Source: Bacteroidales bacterium (lineage in GTDB: Bacteria; Bacteroidota; Bacteroidia; Bacteroidales; ML635J-15). Taken from it: a stretch of DNA of 50,591 nt. The DNA lies in contig JAGCNN010000255.1 of NCBI GenBank assembly GCA_017645925.1, positions 1-50,591 of the forward strand, written 5' to 3'. Made by a program: the position numbers and the translations under genes. Below the pieces are notes generated by a model. It saw only the letters and a list, made by a program, of their open reading frames with translations, was not told the DNA's origin and ran no database searches. This document shows, in pieces, positions 40,663 to 50,428 of the stretch (the first letter of the stretch is position 1; the number at the start of each line of letters is the position of its first letter).

Positions 40663-43600
40663 ATTATTTCCAATTTCTTCATCAATCTGCCACCAGCACA
40701 ATCTACGATAACAACATACAATCCTGCCTGCATTCCTTCCAACGGCAATGAAACCCTGTCGGAATCGGCATTCATCTCCAGAACCTTACGGCCAAGCACA
40801 TCGTACAATGCAACCAATTTCATGCCTGCACAAGCAACCTCCACCCTATCCGATGCGGGATTAGGATAAATTTCCAACTGCGACAAAACCTCATCGGCAA
40901 CACCAGTAAGGCAATATGTTTCCGACCTGACATCACCGTCATTGCAATGGGCAACAACCTCGAAACAGTCGCCTGCCGAATACGAACCAGCAAGCTCGTA
41001 TGTATTATTATCTGTATCGGCAAGCAAAACACCGTTTTTATACAAACTGTAAGTTTCTGCATTTCCAGTCCATGTCAAATTTGGGGATTCAGAACCAATA
41101 CCTACGAACGAAATCTGCGGAACTACGCATCCACCAACCTCAATTCTAATATCATCAATACCTATTCCGAAACCATAGTTGAGGTCGGCATAGAAGGCAA
41201 TATAGTAGTTTTGCGACAAATTTGGAAGCTCAATTTCCGCAGACGACCACGATTCGTATGCCCTATCATACCTAGTTAGCAACTGCCACTCGCCTGCATC
41301 GGTATTCTTATAGTACACCGACAAAACATCGTTGTCGCCATCCCATTCCTTCTGCACATGGCGGAACGACAAGGTTGCCGAAACTCCTTCCTCAAAAGCA
41401 AATTTTGCCGACTCAAGCATATTAGACATATCAGTCCACGAATAATTCTTTATAAACAAGAACTTATCGCCGTTCTGCGAAATATAATCGTATGGGTCGG
41501 ACTCTACAACATTCCACAATTCAGCAGTCTCTATGTTTGGAACCTGCGACCAGCACTCGGGAATCTCACCGCTTGCAAAATCCTCGACAAACGGGAAATC
41601 GCGAATTGCAGCATTGCACGACCAGAACCTAATATAAGCCGTATCAACGACCGCCATATTTGTATTTGCCATTTGCACTACAACAGGAATCACATCGCCA
41701 TACTGCACATCGGCATCGGCATACATCGGAAATTCGCGTGTAATGATAGCATCGCGGCTGACATTTCCGTAAAACCTAGTAAAGTCATCGATGTGCAAAT
41801 GTTCATTCGTACTTATCAAAGCCACCTCAACTGGTTCTGTAAGAGTACCGCTGTTTGTAACACTTACCGACAACGAGAAGTTTCCATCGGGCATAGCATC
41901 GCCTACAACCGAATAGCTTTGCATCTCGATTTTGCCCCTTATGACAGACACTTCCAAATATGCCACATAAGCCTCGTTGTTTACAGTATCGTCAATTGTA
42001 AGCGTAAAAGGCAGCTCATAACCATCATCAAGAGTGCGCGATGGCAAAAACGAAAATACAGGTCCTAACTCAACAGTCTCGCCCACTACAATCGGAGAAC
42101 AAGAAGCTGAATTTTCAAGTATTTCCACATTCGAATCACTGCTACTCAAAGCCATAGGCAGCCAAGCATCGGAATTGACCTGTCCTACATTCTTCAACTG
42201 CAATGTCAGCGAATAGCCACTCATCATATCTTCGAGAGCGTAAGGCACCACATCGGGCGAATATCCGACAAGCGAAATATACGCACCTTCGGGAGCAACT
42301 ACAGGAATATACTCGATATGAGGAAAGCGTTGCTGGCGTGTAACCACAAGCAGAACGCTATCGGAAGTAGCAGTTGCAACAAGCGGAACATTCACCATCC
42401 CATTTGTACCGACAAGACCAGTACCTATTATAGTATTGCCATCGGTAAGCGCCACATACGAACCGGGGTTGGCGGAAACCAAGAAGGAAGAACTGCCGTT
42501 AACAATGTTAGCCTCGTGAGAAACAACATTGGCACTCGGAATCGAATAATAAGGCATAACCGAGCCATCGCCAAGCACATTGTAGGCTTCCCAGTAATAT
42601 TTCACCATACCGCCAGAATTTGTAACGGCAAGATTTCCGGCATACATTATCGACGAAACGGTATTGAACATATCTTCGTTAAACATCATATCGAATGCAC
42701 CAGTCTCCGTTTCCGACAACTGCGGGGTACGCCCAAACACGCTCGTTGCGCCCAATGCCCAGTAGTAGTCAGGCCCCCAGTAAGTCACCGGCGACGAACC
42801 GATGTAGGCAAAAGCGCCCTTCTTCTGGCTACGAATCATCTTCTCGCCATAGCATGGTTCCGAATAGCCGAACTTTCCGCTAAGGCAGCAGTTGCCGATT
42901 GCGAGGAAATACTTGTCGGCATTTGTAAGACCGTCAATGTCATCGTTTGTGAAACGAGGTCCGCACCACTCGGTCTCGCCACCGTGGGCAGTGTAATGTG
43001 CATAGCCAACGCCAGTGCTGAGGTTGTCGTAGCAACCATCGTATGAATCAAGATATGCATATACATTATTATATCCATGAGCTGCATTGAAATAGTTCTG
43101 CGTAGCATAGTTTATGGTAGGCTGTCCGATGTAAGTATTATTGGAGTCGTCGGAACCGGCAATAAGCAAGGCATTGCCAAGGTACGACGGGTCGGGCATA
43201 GTGTATTTTTCGTACATAAGCGTCTTTCCAACGACAATGTTCAGTTCATCAGGCGATGCCACCGAAATACGGCTACAGTACATATCGGGGAAATAGTCGC
43301 CATCGACCGAAGCATAGTAGAGGTCGGTCTGCTGCTCGCTAGCTTCGCCAACAGCACTTGCGGGAATCCTATCGACATCGCCGACAAGCACCAGGAAAAC
43401 AGGAGCGTTGCCAGCCTCTGCCCCTTGCGCATAGCGTGCCGACACCCAACTGCTTATATTTTCGGATGTAGCACTAGCACTGCCAACATAGTCAACATCG
43501 ACGTAGAACCCTTTCTGGGTTTTCCACTCAAGCCAAGGCTGAAGCTGCTCTGTAAAATCCTCGTGCGCAACTACCAGCATCTTCACTGGAGTATGGTAAA

Positions 43601-44297
43601 GATCAGCATACGAATCAAAAATATCCTTGTTGACAAGCGAAGAATACGTGGAAGCGAAGAACGGCGAATATCCGCTACGGATTTCCCTCTCGGTCTTGGC
43701 ATAGTCAACCGACTCGAACACAACTTCCAATTCAATATCGTTGTAAACATAGAGAATGTTTGTTACCGGATTGTACGACAGCGGAGAAACGCAGAGTTCG
43801 CCTAATTGTACGCCGCGCATTGTTCCAACCGGAGAAATCCAAGCCAAACCATTTTCGCCGCCGATGAATGCATCGGTTTCGTAGGCTTTGGCATTGTAGT
43901 CAAACTGCGGATTTTTCTCCGACTTGCTTATCGGATGCTGCTGCGGAACTATATTCTTGCCATACTGCGACAAGTCGAACTCGCGAAGTGTGAACTTCTT
44001 TACAACAACCTTGTAGTTGCCGCATTGAGGAATAGCCATAGGCTTACGCATTACAGGCAGGGAGGGGAAGCCGATTTTTCCAGACGGATAAGTCCCGTCA
44101 AGCGAAACCGACAGGAAATCACCAGCATTTGACATATTCAACTTGTCGTAGGAAAGCCTGATTTCAAATCCCGACATAGATACATTTTCAATGGAAAATT
44201 CGTGCTTGGATCCAAGATTCAAACCATCAGAACCATCATTTGCAAGCATCACAAAAGACAATGCAATGCCTATCAGAAGAAAAGCAAATCGTTTCAT
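40659..44297 (-). CDS. Lys-gingipain (Kgp)-like C25 cysteine protease: signal, propeptide, catalytic domain, Ig-like domains, adhesin/MAM-like domain, T9SS type-A CTD
   Basis: YTAHG and IGNCC catalytic motifs. Kgp-like strings DLYY..VDGDYFP, KGAFAYIGSSP.TYWGPDYYW, YYWEAYNVLGDGSVMPY. C-terminus IYPNPAS...YDVLGR...GLYVV...KKLEIM. Start at ATG 44297 (MKRFAF). Confidence 0.9.
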   Translation of the reverse strand: MKRFAFLLIGIALSFVMLANDGSDGLNLGSKHEFSIENVSMSGFEIRLSYDKLNMSNAGDFLSVSLDGTYPSGKIGFPSLPVMRKPMAIPQCGNYKVVVKKFTLREFDLSQYGKNIVPQQHPISKSEKNPQFDYNAKAYETDAFIGGENGLAWISPVGTMRGVQLGELCVSPLSYNPVTNILYVYNDIELEVVFESVDYAKTEREIRSGYSPFFASTYSSLVNKDIFDSYADLYHTPVKMLVVAHEDFTEQLQPWLEWKTQKGFYVDVDYVGSASATSENISSWVSARYAQGAEAGNAPVFLVLVGDVDRIPASAVGEASEQQTDLYYASVDGDYFPDMYCSRISVASPDELNIVVGKTLMYEKYTMPDPSYLGNALLIAGSDDSNNTYIGQPTINYATQNYFNAAHGYNNVYAYLDSYDGCYDNLSTGVGYAHYTAHGGETEWCGPRFTNDDIDGLTNADKYFLAIGNCCLSGKFGYSEPCYGEKMIRSQKKGAFAYIGSSPVTYWGPDYYWALGATSVFGRTPQLSETETGAFDMMFNEDMFNTVSSIMYAGNLAVTNSGGMVKYYWEAYNVLGDGSVMPYYSIPSANVVSHEANIVNGSSSFLVSANPGSYVALTDGNTIIGTGLVGTNGMVNVPLVATATSDSVLLVVTRQQRFPHIEYIPVVAPEGAYISLVGYSPDVVPYALEDMMSGYSLTLQLKNVGQVNSDAWLPMALSSSDSNVEILENSASCSPIVVGETVELGPVFSFLPSRTLDDGYELPFTLTIDDTVNNEAYVAYLEVSVIRGKIEMQSYSVVGDAMPDGNFSLSVSVTNSGTLTEPVEVALISTNEHLHIDDFTRFYGNVSRDAIITREFPMYADADVQYGDVIPVVVQMANTNMAVVDTAYIRFWSCNAAIRDFPFVEDFASGEIPECWSQVPNIETAELWNVVESDPYDYISQNGDKFLFIKNYSWTDMSNMLESAKFAFEEGVSATLSFRHVQKEWDGDNDVLSVYYKNTDAGEWQLLTRYDRAYESWSSAEIELPNLSQNYYIAFYADLNYGFGIGIDDIRIEVGGCVVPQISFVGIGSESPNLTWTGNAETYSLYKNGVLLADTDNNTYELAGSYSAGDCFEVVAHCNDGDVRSETYCLTGVADEVLSQLEIYPNPASDRVEVACAGMKLVALYDVLGRKVLEMNADSDRVSLPLEGMQAGLYVVIVDCAGGRLMKKLEIM

Positions 44298-44313
44298 AAA
44301 CAATAATTTTATG

Positions 44314-44361
44314 CAAAATTAAAAAAAGTTGCAGAAACAATTAAAAAAAAATGTAGTTTTG
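44314..44361. promoter_or_regulatory. Back-to-back divergent -7 elements (minus TAATTTTG 44314-44321; plus TAGTTTTG 44354-44361)
   Basis: Two TAnnTTTG matches pointing at the protease gene and the TPR gene. Confidence 0.6.
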
Positions 44362-44420
44362 CAATTTGCATATTTTATGCGTAGGTGTTTTTTAATTTAT
44401 TACAAATAAGGTAATTAAAA

Positions 44421-45548
44421 ATGAAGAAACTTTTAGTTTTTAGTCTGTTTGCCACACTTTTCATTGGAGTATCCTATTCGCAGGAAATTAAGGACAGCAG
44501 CCAATACGATTCTGGAATGGACCAGATTATCGTTCCGACACAAATCCTGACCAGCCCGACAGACGGAGACACTATCAACACACTCGTTACAGCCGAAGGT
44601 CAGGAAGCCAACATTGCCTACAACAGTGGCGTATTATTATGCAACGAAGGAAGTTTTAGCGAAGCAATAGGAGAATTCTCCAGAGCCATAGGCATAAACC
44701 CCGAACTAGCTCAGGCCTACTACGGACGTGGAACCTGCTACGTACAACAGAAAAAATACACCGAGGCAATAGCCGACCTTACGCAATATACCTCGCGCAA
44801 AAGAGACAGCTATGCCACATACCTGATTGGCTACTGCTACTTCCACAAATCGGACATGGAAAATGCAACAAAGGCGTTCCAGAACGCTATCGAACAGGGA
44901 TGTGCCAATGCCGACCTGTTCTACCACCTTGGTGTAATAAACTTCAATGACGCCAAGTACGACAAGGCTATAGAATATTACACAAAAGCCATCGACATCG
45001 ACAACAAACACGCATTCTCGTACAACGACAGAGGCTCATCTTACAGAATGCAAGGCAAGTACGACAAGGCTATCACCGACTATCGTAGGGCAGCGGAACT
45101 GAACACAAAGATGGATATTTTCAAGGCAAATCTCGGCAGCGCATATAGGCTCAACAAAGACTACGAGAATGCAGTAGCAACATACGACATGGTTCTGCAA
45201 GAAAATCCTAAGAACTATATCACACTCAACAACAAGGGCATAGCTCTCTACGAAATGAAAGACTACGACAATGCCATTGAAATGTTCAACGAATGTCTCA
45301 CGCAAAACAAAGATTATGCATACGCATACAACAATCTGGGTCTTTGCTATTACAGGAAAAAAGAATACAACCTTGCAATTGAAGCTTTCACAAAAGCAAT
45401 AGTCTTAAATCCAAAATACGGCGAAGCATACGTTAACCGTGGCGCCGCAAAGGAAATGATAAGAGACGCAGCAGGTGCTTGCAACGACTGGAACGCTGCC
45501 AAAGCATTAGGTATCGATGTAAACACTTCCGAATCATTTTGCGACTGA
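44421..45548 (+). CDS. Secreted tetratricopeptide-repeat protein
   Basis: Signal peptide and about 9 TPRs (AY..RG....G.Y..AI.DY..A), ending in ACNDWNAAKALG. Confidence 0.9.
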   Translation: MKKLLVFSLFATLFIGVSYSQEIKDSSQYDSGMDQIIVPTQILTSPTDGDTINTLVTAEGQEANIAYNSGVLLCNEGSFSEAIGEFSRAIGINPELAQAYYGRGTCYVQQKKYTEAIADLTQYTSRKRDSYATYLIGYCYFHKSDMENATKAFQNAIEQGCANADLFYHLGVINFNDAKYDKAIEYYTKAIDIDNKHAFSYNDRGSSYRMQGKYDKAITDYRRAAELNTKMDIFKANLGSAYRLNKDYENAVATYDMVLQENPKNYITLNNKGIALYEMKDYDNAIEMFNECLTQNKDYAYAYNNLGLCYYRKKEYNLAIEAFTKAIVLNPKYGEAYVNRGAAKEMIRDAAGACNDWNAAKALGIDVNTSESFCD

Positions 45549-45579
45549 AAGTAATAAACCTCTATAAAACAAACAGAAG

Positions 45580-47691
45580 ATGAAAAGGACTTTTATAAAT
45601 ATATTAACTGCAACATTGGCACTTCTACTTGTTGCCAGCATTTCATACTCGCAGATAAACATCGAAATAAACAAATCCGAATTTAAAACCGCCGAGAAAA
45701 ACGGCTATAAGGAAGCTCTGACCTCAATCCGTATTGGAGACGAATACTTTGCAAGCAACTCGGTGGGCGGATACAGCAAAGCTCTGGACGAATACCTTTC
45801 TGCAAGCACGTACAATAACAACAACGCCGAACTGAACTACAAAATCGGAATATGCTACATATATTCTACACAAAAGAACAAGGCTATATCCTATCTGGAA
45901 AAGGCATATAAGCTCAACAAGGAAGTGTGCTTCGACATAAAATATTTAATCGGACGTGCTTACCAAATTACAAACCGCTTCGAAGAAGCAATAAAGCACT
46001 ATACAGACTTCAAGAATACCGACTACGAAGCACAAGCCAAAAAACTGAAAATAGACAAGAACAAATACGATGTTGATGCAAGGATTAGCGAATGTAGAAA
46101 CGCCGAAAAATTCAACGAAACTCCAACTAGAGTTTTTATTGACAACCTTGGGGCAAACATCAACTCGCGCTACGCCGACTATGGTCCAGTTATCTCTACC
46201 GATGAATCGATGATGATATTCACATCGCGCCGCGAAGGTTCCACCGGTGGTGAAATGGACTACGACAACCAATATTTTGAAGACCTGTACATTTCATACA
46301 ACGAAGGCGACAACAAATGGGCTCCCGCTATGAACATGAAGTCAATCAACACCGATAACCACGATGCTTCGGTAGGTCTGTCGCCCGATGGCTCTATCCT
46401 ATATACTTTCAACGGTACCCCGGACGGCAACCTCTACGAAAGTAAACTGAAAGGTGAAAACTGGAGTAAACCAAAGGCTCTCGGCAAAACCATTAATACC
46501 AAATACCACGAAACCTCAATATCAATTTCGTCAGATGGAAAAACCCTTTACTTTGTCAGCGAAAGGCCGAAAGACGAATTTGGAACACCATCAAAAGGTG
46601 GAAAGGATATTTTCGTCAGCGAAAAAACAACAAAGGGCGAATGGGGTCCTGCAAGAAACATAGGTGCTCCTATTAATACCGAATTTGACGAAGAAGGTAT
46701 TTTCATTCACCCCGACAACAGAACAATGTATTTCAGTTCGAAAAGAGAAGGCACAATAGGAGGCTACGATATATTCTACAGCGAACTCGATGACGATGGC
46801 AACTGGAGCGAACCCGTAAACATGGGTATTCCTATCAATACACCTGAAGACGATGTATTTTTCATCGTTACCGGTAACGGCCGCTACGCATACATTTCAA
46901 GCGACAGGGAAGGCAGCATAGGCATGCAGGACATCTGGAGAATAACATTCCTCGCTCCCGAAAAACCAATGCTCACAGGTACAGAAGACAACCTAATAGC
47001 TTGCTCCAACTCTTCAATACAGACAATTGTAAAGCAAGAAATTGTAGAGGTAAAGAAAGTCAGACTTACAATTATGAAAGGTACTATCACCGATGCCGAA
47101 ACAGGAGATCCTCTCGAATCGTCAATCGAAATAGTTGACCTCGAAAAGGACGAGATTTATGCAACATTATCATCAAACGCCTCAACTGGAAAATACCTGA
47201 TTAGCTTGCCATCTGGAAAGAACTACGGTATCACAGCAAGAACCGAAGGCTACCTGTTCCACAGTGAAAACGTAAACGTACCGGCAACATCATCGTATCA
47301 GGAAATCATAAAGGACATAAAGCTTAAGGCTATCAATGTTGGTGCTACAATAATCTTGTCAAACATCTTCTTCGACTTCAACAAATATACCCTGCGAGAC
47401 ATATCCAAGGCAGAACTTGACAACCTTGTAAGACTTCTTACTGTTGATTACCCGAAGATGGTAATTGAAATCGGAGGTCATACCGATAATGTCGGCTCGC
47501 TTGAATCCAACACCAGACTTTCGGCAAACAGAGCAAAAGCCGTTGTTGACTACCTGATTTCACACGGTGTAGAAAAAGAACGCCTGTCGTATAAGGGATA
47601 TGCTTACCAGCAGCCTATCGACACCAACGATACCGAAGAAGGCCGTCAAAAGAACAGACGTGTTGAATTCAAAGTTATCAGCTTAAAGTAA
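45580..47691 (+). CDS. PorE-like protein: TPR, PD40 propeller, carboxypeptidase-regulatory-like domain and OmpA_C peptidoglycan-binding domain
   Basis: Repeated INT..E..P.(S/H).DG..(L/M)YF.S PD40 units, followed by IEIGGHTD..GS...N..LS..RA..V and NRRVEF. Confidence 0.88.
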   Translation: MKRTFINILTATLALLLVASISYSQINIEINKSEFKTAEKNGYKEALTSIRIGDEYFASNSVGGYSKALDEYLSASTYNNNNAELNYKIGICYIYSTQKNKAISYLEKAYKLNKEVCFDIKYLIGRAYQITNRFEEAIKHYTDFKNTDYEAQAKKLKIDKNKYDVDARISECRNAEKFNETPTRVFIDNLGANINSRYADYGPVISTDESMMIFTSRREGSTGGEMDYDNQYFEDLYISYNEGDNKWAPAMNMKSINTDNHDASVGLSPDGSILYTFNGTPDGNLYESKLKGENWSKPKALGKTINTKYHETSISISSDGKTLYFVSERPKDEFGTPSKGGKDIFVSEKTTKGEWGPARNIGAPINTEFDEEGIFIHPDNRTMYFSSKREGTIGGYDIFYSELDDDGNWSEPVNMGIPINTPEDDVFFIVTGNGRYAYISSDREGSIGMQDIWRITFLAPEKPMLTGTEDNLIACSNSSIQTIVKQEIVEVKKVRLTIMKGTITDAETGDPLESSIEIVDLEKDEIYATLSSNASTGKYLISLPSGKNYGITARTEGYLFHSENVNVPATSSYQEIIKDIKLKAINVGATIILSNIFFDFNKYTLRDISKAELDNLVRLLTVDYPKMVIEIGGHTDNVGSLESNTRLSANRAKAVVDYLISHGVEKERLSYKGYAYQQPIDTNDTEEGRQKNRRVEFKVISLK

Positions 47692-47709
47692 TATAAACCC
47701 TTTATAATG

Positions 47710-47739
47710 AAATCCCATAGTCCCACTATGGGATTTTTT
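47710..47739 (+). terminator. Terminator-like hairpin after the PorE-like gene
   Basis: AAATCCCATAGT-CCC-ACTATGGGATTT followed by TTT. Confidence 0.7.
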
Positions 47740-47751
47740 CATAACCCGACC

Positions 47752-48771
47752 ATGCAGAAAAAAGAATACAGCACTTCCAGAAGCACAAGTACTGCAATAT
47801 ATATCAACCACGACTACAAACTATATAAGGAACTCGTTGCAAACAAAAAACTCGCGGTCATCAGCAGCCAAAATTTAATCAAAAGCTACCCCGAAATATC
47901 AAACGAGAAAAACCTTATCGTAATCGATGACACCGAGCGCAACAAAAACCTGAAGTCGGTTGAAAAAATCATAGAACAACTGCTTGAATTGGGAATCGAC
48001 AGGTCATCATATATAATAGGTATAGGTGGTGGCATAGTCTGCGACATAACAGGTTTCGTTGCCCACATATTTATGCGCGGTGTCAGATTCGGACTTATAC
48101 CGACTACCCTGCTTGCCATGTCGGACGCAGCCATCGGCGGGAAAAATGGGGTAAACTTCCGCGAAAGCAAAAATATGATTGGCAGTTTCGACAATCCCGA
48201 CTTCATTATTGCCGACAGCAAATTCGTACAGACACTGCCCGAATCACAGTACATGAGTGGTCTCGGAGAAATAATCAAGTACGCACTTATCGGCAACGAA
48301 AAAATATTCAGTCTGCTGAAAAACAATACTCGCGAAATTCTAAACAGGGACAGCACACTACTTGATGAAATTATTCGCGACGCAATTATTACCAAAACGG
48401 AAATCGTTGAAAAAGATCCGGACGACAAGTCTATCAGGCATATTCTTAACTTTGGTCACACAATTGGTCATAGCATCGAAATCATTGAAAACATTCCGCA
48501 TGGCATGGCAGTAGTAAAAGGTATTGTCGCAGCAACCGAAATTTCTGTAAAAATGCAAATGCTGGACAACAATATTGCCGAACAGATAAAGCAACTGATA
48601 GCATCATTCGGCTACGACATTTCGTACAGACTTGGAGAAAAGCACTTGCAGCTACTTTGCAACGACAAGAAAAAGGAAGATTCAGACATCCGTTTTGTTC
48701 TGCTTGAAGACATTGGCAGACCGATAATAAAGAAAATGCCCATCAACGAAATTATCAAGATGTTGATATGA
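47752..48771 (+). CDS. aroB: 3-dehydroquinate synthase
   Basis: GGGIVCD, PTTLLAMSDAAIGGKNGVN, LNFGHTIGHSIE, HG.AV, DKK. ATG 47752 is preferred because the extension from 47707 runs through the hairpin. Confidence 0.92.
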   Translation: MQKKEYSTSRSTSTAIYINHDYKLYKELVANKKLAVISSQNLIKSYPEISNEKNLIVIDDTERNKNLKSVEKIIEQLLELGIDRSSYIIGIGGGIVCDITGFVAHIFMRGVRFGLIPTTLLAMSDAAIGGKNGVNFRESKNMIGSFDNPDFIIADSKFVQTLPESQYMSGLGEIIKYALIGNEKIFSLLKNNTREILNRDSTLLDEIIRDAIITKTEIVEKDPDDKSIRHILNFGHTIGHSIEIIENIPHGMAVVKGIVAATEISVKMQMLDNNIAEQIKQLIASFGYDISYRLGEKHLQLLCNDKKKEDSDIRFVLLEDIGRPIIKKMPINEIIKMLI

Positions 48772-49991
48772 ATGTAGAACTCAGGAAATCGGAACTTTGC
48801 GGCGAGATTAAAATATGCCCATCAAAAAGCTACGAGCAAAGAGCATGGGCAATGTCAACTCTACCCGGACTGAACATCAAAATATATGGCAGAGGAAATT
48901 CCGCCGATGCAAATGCAAGCAAGAATATAGCGACCAAACTTAGGAACCAACGACGACGCGACAACGTGTTCGACTGCGGAGAATCGGCATTATGCGCACG
49001 AATGTTTCCTCCAATCATTGCTCTGCATACCGACACTTTCGTAATAGACGGACATGGCTCCCTGCTGAACCGAAACATTAGATACGACCTCGAATTCTAC
49101 GAACAAAATCTCGGGTGGAAAATTCATAATTACCAATTTCCGTTCATAATCAGCAACGCAAGAATTCTGCCTGGCAAGTACCACATCAACGGAAGCCACA
49201 CTTCGCAGGTCGTGTCCGGACTTATGCTCGCCCTTTCTGCATTGGACGACGACAGCTCTATTTCGGTATGGAATCCCAAAAGCGCAGGTTACATGTTCAT
49301 GACAGCAGGTCTCGCCGATGAAGCTGGTGCAAAGATAAGTGCCACCCGCTACGAAAGTTTTATGGATATAAAGATTTACGGAAACGCATCATTCCACAAA
49401 AAAAGCCTTACCATAGAAGGCGACTGGAGCAATGCCGCCTTCCTTATCGCGGCAGGATTGACGAATGGCAACATCAAAATTTCGGGACTTAAATATGAAT
49501 CACTGCAACCAGATAGGGCAATCATTGAAGCCTTGTATAGCTGCGGAGCAAAGTTCGACGTGAAAAGGAACAAACTTATAATTTACAAATCCAACATCCA
49601 CGGATTCGAATTTAATGCCGAACAATGTCCCGACCTTATTCCCCCACTCTGCGCAATGGCTCTCCATGCCGACAGCGAATGTAAGATTATAGGTGCAAAC
49701 AGACTTATCGGCAAGGAAAGCAATCGCCTCGAAACGATAATAGAGGAACTTGGAAAACTCGGAGTGTCGGTTACAACCGCCGACAATTGCCTTACAATAC
49801 AACCATGCAAAAAAATAAAGTCGGCAACTGTAAATGCACACAACGACCACAGGATAGCAATGATGCTTGCAACTATAGGATTGTCATCTGAATATATGAA
49901 AATTGAAGGTTGCGAATGTATCAACAAGTCCTACCCCGACTTTTTCCAGTCGCTCAAACAACTAGGCGCAAATGTTATGGTTTCCGATTAA
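48768..49991 (+). CDS. aroA: 3-phosphoshikimate 1-carboxyvinyltransferase (EPSP synthase), divergent
   Basis: PSKS, CGES, SQ..SGL, EGDWS, PDL, KESNR, DHRIAM, KSYPDF. ATGA overlap with aroB. Confidence 0.9.
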   Translation: MNVELRKSELCGEIKICPSKSYEQRAWAMSTLPGLNIKIYGRGNSADANASKNIATKLRNQRRRDNVFDCGESALCARMFPPIIALHTDTFVIDGHGSLLNRNIRYDLEFYEQNLGWKIHNYQFPFIISNARILPGKYHINGSHTSQVVSGLMLALSALDDDSSISVWNPKSAGYMFMTAGLADEAGAKISATRYESFMDIKIYGNASFHKKSLTIEGDWSNAAFLIAAGLTNGNIKISGLKYESLQPDRAIIEALYSCGAKFDVKRNKLIIYKSNIHGFEFNAEQCPDLIPPLCAMALHADSECKIIGANRLIGKESNRLETIIEELGKLGVSVTTADNCLTIQPCKKIKSATVNAHNDHRIAMMLATIGLSSEYMKIEGCECINKSYPDFFQSLKQLGANVMVSD

Positions 49992-50087
49992 AAGTAATCA
50001 TTAGTTTGGGATAGCGGAAAAAGTTGGTGAAGATTTATGCTGGTAATGCTAAGAAACGGAATCTCTCGAAGACGGATTTGTTTTTTT

Positions 50088-50360
50088 AACCATCGCCTTC
50101 GGCGATACCTTGATTGCCGCATTGGCTGATGAGCGTTAAGAAAATCAATGGAACGAAGCGTAAAAAGTCAGGCTGTTTGAAGCCGTTTTGCGGGTTAGCG
50201 TCTTAAACGCAACTGGCAAAAACGGCAAGTTTCTGACTTTTAGCAAAGTGTAACTGATTTTTAGCGAAGCAGACGTAGCGGACATGGTTTTTTGTTTACT
50301 TTTTTGCCAACAAAAAAGTGAAAGCCTCCGCGGCTTGAGCGGAATGCAAAAAAACTGATA
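50088..50360. other. Highly structured non-coding element between convergent aroA and PBP1A genes
   Basis: Nested inverted repeats AAAAGTCAG/CTGACTTTT, GCCGTTTTGC/GCAAAAACGGC and ACTTTTTTG/CAAAAAAGT, plus small GC hairpins. Confidence 0.6.
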
Positions 50361-50428
50361 ATCAATTCTTTTTTGTAAAGAAAGAATACTCTTATCGTAA
50401 AAATCCATCCAACCTGTCGGCTGCCCCC

